Position numbers and translations under genes: made by a program. Shown here piece by piece: positions 44,623 through 47,362 of a stretch of DNA of 47,362 bases; the stretch's first letter is position 1; the number at the start of each line of letters is the position of its first letter. This DNA comes from a virus (taxonomy: Duplodnaviria > Caudoviricetes): IMG/VR virus record IMGVR_UViG_3300007735_000746, positions 1 to 47,362 of that record; one strand, given 5' to 3'. The notes beneath the pieces are model-generated. The model ran no database searches. It was not told the origin of the DNA and saw nothing but the letters and a program-made list of their open reading frames with translations.

Positions 44623-45162
44623 ATGAATGAAATAATACTACACAGTAAACCAAGTGTAAAAAAAATTGAACTCGGTCGAAAAGACGGGATTGATTTTAGA
44701 AAAGAATATTACACTTTGGAATATAAGTACAATGACGGTGGTAGAAAAGAGGCGGGGTACAAAGGCAATGCGGGGGATTGCGTGACAAGAGCAATTTCAA
44801 TCGTTGCGAATTTACCTTATCAAAAAGTATATGATGATTTAACAAATTTAACTCGTCATATTAGATTAACCTCAAATAAAAAATGGACTTATAATGCAAG
44901 TCCAAAAGATGACACAGCAAGAACTGGAATTAAAAAAGATGTTTATAGAAAATATCTTTTAGATTTAGGTTTTAAGTGGACACCGACAATGTTTATCGGA
45001 CAAGGTTGCAAAGTACATTTAAGACAGAATGAACTACCAATGGGAAGATTGATAGTTAGAGTATCAGGTCATTTAGTTGCAGTAATAAATGGAGTGATTA
45101 ATGATACTTATGATTGTTCAAGAGACGCAACAAGATGTGTCTACGGATATTTTCAAAAATAA
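44623..45162 (+). CDS. Conserved phage protein with papain-like Cys-His-Asp pattern
   Basis: YNDGGR...GDCVTRAI...GHLVAV..G...DTYD. Confidence 0.6.
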   Translation: MNEIILHSKPSVKKIELGRKDGIDFRKEYYTLEYKYNDGGRKEAGYKGNAGDCVTRAISIVANLPYQKVYDDLTNLTRHIRLTSNKKWTYNASPKDDTARTGIKKDVYRKYLLDLGFKWTPTMFIGQGCKVHLRQNELPMGRLIVRVSGHLVAVINGVINDTYDCSRDATRCVYGYFQK

Positions 45163-45172
45163 TTAAACTTTT

Positions 45173-45196
45173 GTACCCCCTTATTTTAGGGGGTAC
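45173..45196. terminator. GC-rich hairpin after 44623 gene (terminator-like, no clear U-tract)
   Basis: GTACCCCCT/AGGGGGTAC. Confidence 0.45.
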
Positions 45197-45288
45197 TACA
45201 CCTCATCAAGACCCCAACTTAAGCATATCCGTTCATTTAAACAAGATTTTTATACAACTAAATAGTGAAAAATACTGTTATTTTAATG

Positions 45289-45306
45289 TTTGACAAATTT
45301 GTCAAA
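45289..45306. promoter_or_regulatory. Perfect 18-bp palindrome containing TTGACA (operator-like)
   Basis: TTTGACAAATTTGTCAAA upstream of the small-gene operon. Confidence 0.55.
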
Positions 45307-45403
45307 TTGTGCGATTTGTCAATTCGTGATTAATACGAGAATTAAATTTCGTCAAAATAGGAGTAGCCCTAGACTTTAATCACACAAACAAAAAGGAGTA
45401 AAA

Positions 45404-45571
45404 ATGAAAGAAGATATACAAGTCATTAAACAGTACATTAAAACTTTTAACGACAGAAAGTTAAGAGAGGAATATAGATTATATACCTCACTTGAAAAGC
45501 CAACGATACTTGAAAACTATTTTAAAGATTTCATTAAACAAGAAATAGACACAAGGGGGATTGGAGTATGA
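45404..45571 (+). CDS. Small hypothetical (55 aa)
   Basis: Not in track; AAGGAG RBS; MKEDIQVIKQYIKTFNDRKL... Confidence 0.65.
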   Translation: MKEDIQVIKQYIKTFNDRKLREEYRLYTSLEKPTILENYFKDFIKQEIDTRGIGV

Positions 45572-45849
45572 AAAAAGAAAAGACATTATTACGTTTTAGA
45601 ATTTATGACGGCGACAGAGAATATACTGATTATGCAATCATAGATAACAAAAAACTATTAACTTTAAATTACAAAGAAATAATTTCAGTTTTTTTCTGTG
45701 ATGATAAAGTTGATGATGAACAATTCTTATCGGACGGCAGAGCCGTTAGAATTGAAAGCGAAATACCTATAACTGATATAGAGGCAGAGAAATTAGAAAA
45801 ATTAAGTATAGCCTTTTTATTAGAATTTAAATTAATGGAGGTTGCATAA
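45568..45849 (+). CDS. Hypothetical protein
   Basis: GGAG RBS, ATGA-coupled. Confidence 0.65.
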   Translation: MKKEKTLLRFRIYDGDREYTDYAIIDNKKLLTLNYKEIISVFFCDDKVDDEQFLSDGRAVRIESEIPITDIEAEKLEKLSIAFLLEFKLMEVA

Positions 45850-46032
45850 ATGACTAAAAAACTAAAAGAATATACTGTTGTATTACAGTACGATGTTCAA
45901 AAAACTTATACTGTGTCCGCAAAAAATGAAGAACAAGCCGAACAACTTGTTATGGATGGCAAAGGTTATTCAGAAAAATCGGACGAACATTGGGACTATG
46001 AAGAAGTTATAGAAGTAAGTGAGGTTGCGTAA
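45850..46032 (+). CDS. Small acidic protein (DpnD/PcfM-like pattern)
   Basis: KEYTV.......Y.V.A.NEEQA pattern. Confidence 0.55.
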   Translation: MTKKLKEYTVVLQYDVQKTYTVSAKNEEQAEQLVMDGKGYSEKSDEHWDYEEVIEVSEVA

Positions 46033-46217
46033 TGATACTTAAAGAAGAAAACAAAGATAGGTTGATAGACGCCTTAATAGATTGGCACACGGAGGCTTAT
46101 TATAACAACAGAAGTTCGTTTGATGTAGATGATGACGGAAATGTAATTGGAAAAAATTATCGTTCCTTTGAGGCTATGTTAAAAATAATTAAACGATTAA
46201 TTAGGAGGGCAAAATGA
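46032..46217 (+). CDS. Hypothetical protein
   Basis: GAGG RBS, TAATG-coupled. Confidence 0.6.
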   Translation: MILKEENKDRLIDALIDWHTEAYYNNRSSFDVDDDGNVIGKNYRSFEAMLKIIKRLIRRAK

Positions 46218-46387
46218 AAACTTTTATAATAACAGAATATCCAAAGCTAATAAGAAAATGGAAAGTCATAGGCAAAAATAAAAAAGAGGCCTATGAAAAT
46301 TGGCTAAACGATAAAATAGAATTCATAGGAAAAGACTATGATGATGAGGAGTGGGATAACTTAACAATGGAAGAAATAAAACAATGA
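46214..46387 (+). CDS. Small acidic hypothetical (57 aa)
   Basis: Not in track; AGGAGG RBS; MKTFIITEYPKLIRKWKVIGKNKKEAYE... Confidence 0.65.
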   Translation: MKTFIITEYPKLIRKWKVIGKNKKEAYENWLNDKIEFIGKDYDDEEWDNLTMEEIKQ

Positions 46388-46668
46388 TTGATATTAAATT
46401 AATAAATGAGGCCGATACAAAATTAATGAATGCAGTAAATGATTTAGATGATGTATTAGTGGCACAAAGAAAAATTGCAAGTAAACTCATAAAAGAACAC
46501 AAACAATTACAAGAGGCATTAGCAATAATGTGTAGTAATGCAGATGAAGATTGTCCACCAGAATTTAGAACTGAACATTTTAGATCAGCTATAACTGATG
46601 GTTATGACTTACTTAAAAAAGTAGGATACTTTAAAAATAAAAAGAGGGTATATAAATGGGACATTTAA
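46384..46668 (+). CDS. Hypothetical protein
   Basis: ATGA-coupled; ADEDCPPEFRTEHF motif. Confidence 0.65.
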   Translation: MIDIKLINEADTKLMNAVNDLDDVLVAQRKIASKLIKEHKQLQEALAIMCSNADEDCPPEFRTEHFRSAITDGYDLLKKVGYFKNKKRVYKWDI

Positions 46669-46901
46669 AACCTAACAAACATTGTAAAACTTGTGACGTA
46701 AAAGGCAACTACACTTGTTTAGAGTGTGAAAGCATACAAATAAAAAATAAAGGCCATTATGTTTTAGAGTGTGAATATTGTATGGAATATCCATTAAAAT
46801 CTTATGTTGAAGATGAACTAGGTGGAATATTCTGTAATGAATATTGTTTTAAACAAATGCCTTATGAAAATGAATGGAAAATAATAAGGAGGTCAGTATG
46901 A
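46656..46901 (+). CDS. Zn-finger-like protein
   Basis: CKTC, CLEC, CEYC, FCNEYC. Confidence 0.6.
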   Translation: MGHLKPNKHCKTCDVKGNYTCLECESIQIKNKGHYVLECEYCMEYPLKSYVEDELGGIFCNEYCFKQMPYENEWKIIRRSV

Positions 46902-47146
46902 GCATACCAGATGTAGATGTTCCTATTGGTTTTCTTTATGAGACAACACTAATGAAATATGCAAGTGGCAAGTTAACTAAAAATGGAATGATTATGACAC
47001 CAGAGGACGCTTTGCAAGATTTTATTGAAAAAGCAAAAGACGAGGGCTTTGATGAAAATACAATAGAAAATTCGGCAGAGGAACTTTTATGTGATTTAGA
47101 GGACATAGAAGAACAAAAATTTAATGAATACAAGGAGGAACTATGA
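46898..47146 (+). CDS. Highly acidic small protein
   Basis: AGGAGG RBS supports ATG 46898; about 22 D/E vs 7 K in 82 aa. Confidence 0.65.
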   Translation: MSIPDVDVPIGFLYETTLMKYASGKLTKNGMIMTPEDALQDFIEKAKDEGFDENTIENSAEELLCDLEDIEEQKFNEYKEEL

Positions 47147-47362
47147 AAAAACTAAATTTTGTAAAATGGTTTGAAACATATAAACCTATTCCAAACCACA
47201 TTGATAAAAATGGAACATACTGTGGAATAGATAGTGTTAATTATAGTTTTGAAACATACGGCGCAGAAAAAGAATTTGTTGCAAACCAAGACCATAGTAA
47301 AATTTGGACATTGGTTGAGGGCGACAAATATAGGTGGATACAAAATGGTGCGTGGCTCGTGA
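47143..47362 (+). CDS. Conserved phage hypothetical (partial)
   Basis: AGGAGG RBS; MKKLNFVKWFETYKPIPNH...FETYG.E...IWT; open to window end. Confidence 0.65.
   Translation, partial: MKKLNFVKWFETYKPIPNHIDKNGTYCGIDSVNYSFETYGAEKEFVANQDHSKIWTLVEGDKYRWIQNGAWLV

Noticed and set aside
47152-47343. Minus-strand 63-aa ORF
   Set aside because: Antisense to the plus-strand gene starting at 47143, which has a strong RBS

Overview
The window is a contiguous ~47 kb piece of an AT-rich tailed dsDNA phage. The major capsid N-terminus (MAISRSQLVKELEPGLNALFGLEY), portal, GroES, P22-like tail/ejection genes and lack of a tape measure point to an HMO-2011/HTVC023P-like podovirus. A SAR11-type alphaproteobacterial host is an inference only. 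Positions 1-38747 are a minus-strand late region: TerL, small GG-tagged proteins, portal, free-standing LAGLIDADG endonuclease, holin, GroES, scaffold, capsid, two peptidoglycan hydrolases, adaptors, Gly-rich tail paralogs, 2OG-Fe(II) oxygenases, glycosyltransferases and ejection proteins. Positions ~38.8-47.4 kb are an early/terminal region: VRR-NUC, ArdC-like, GP88-like, TerS, a repeat-rich non-coding block and many small genes. No tRNA, CRISPR array, integrase or DNA polymerase was seen. Main observations: (1) a hydrophobic-x-x-G-G peptide tag shared by about 13 mostly unrelated late proteins, a possible capsid-loading or maturation-cleavage system; (2) an ~8 kb zone free of both GATC and GANTC that starts abruptly just upstream of terL; (3) dispersed degenerate 7-bp-period CCGTGG clusters embedded in coding DNA; (4) a TTTCCYAG/IHF repeat array next to terS; (5) several real small genes missing from the ORF track, including a 32-aa lipoprotein and a peptide resembling the capsid N-terminus. 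All counts are manual.
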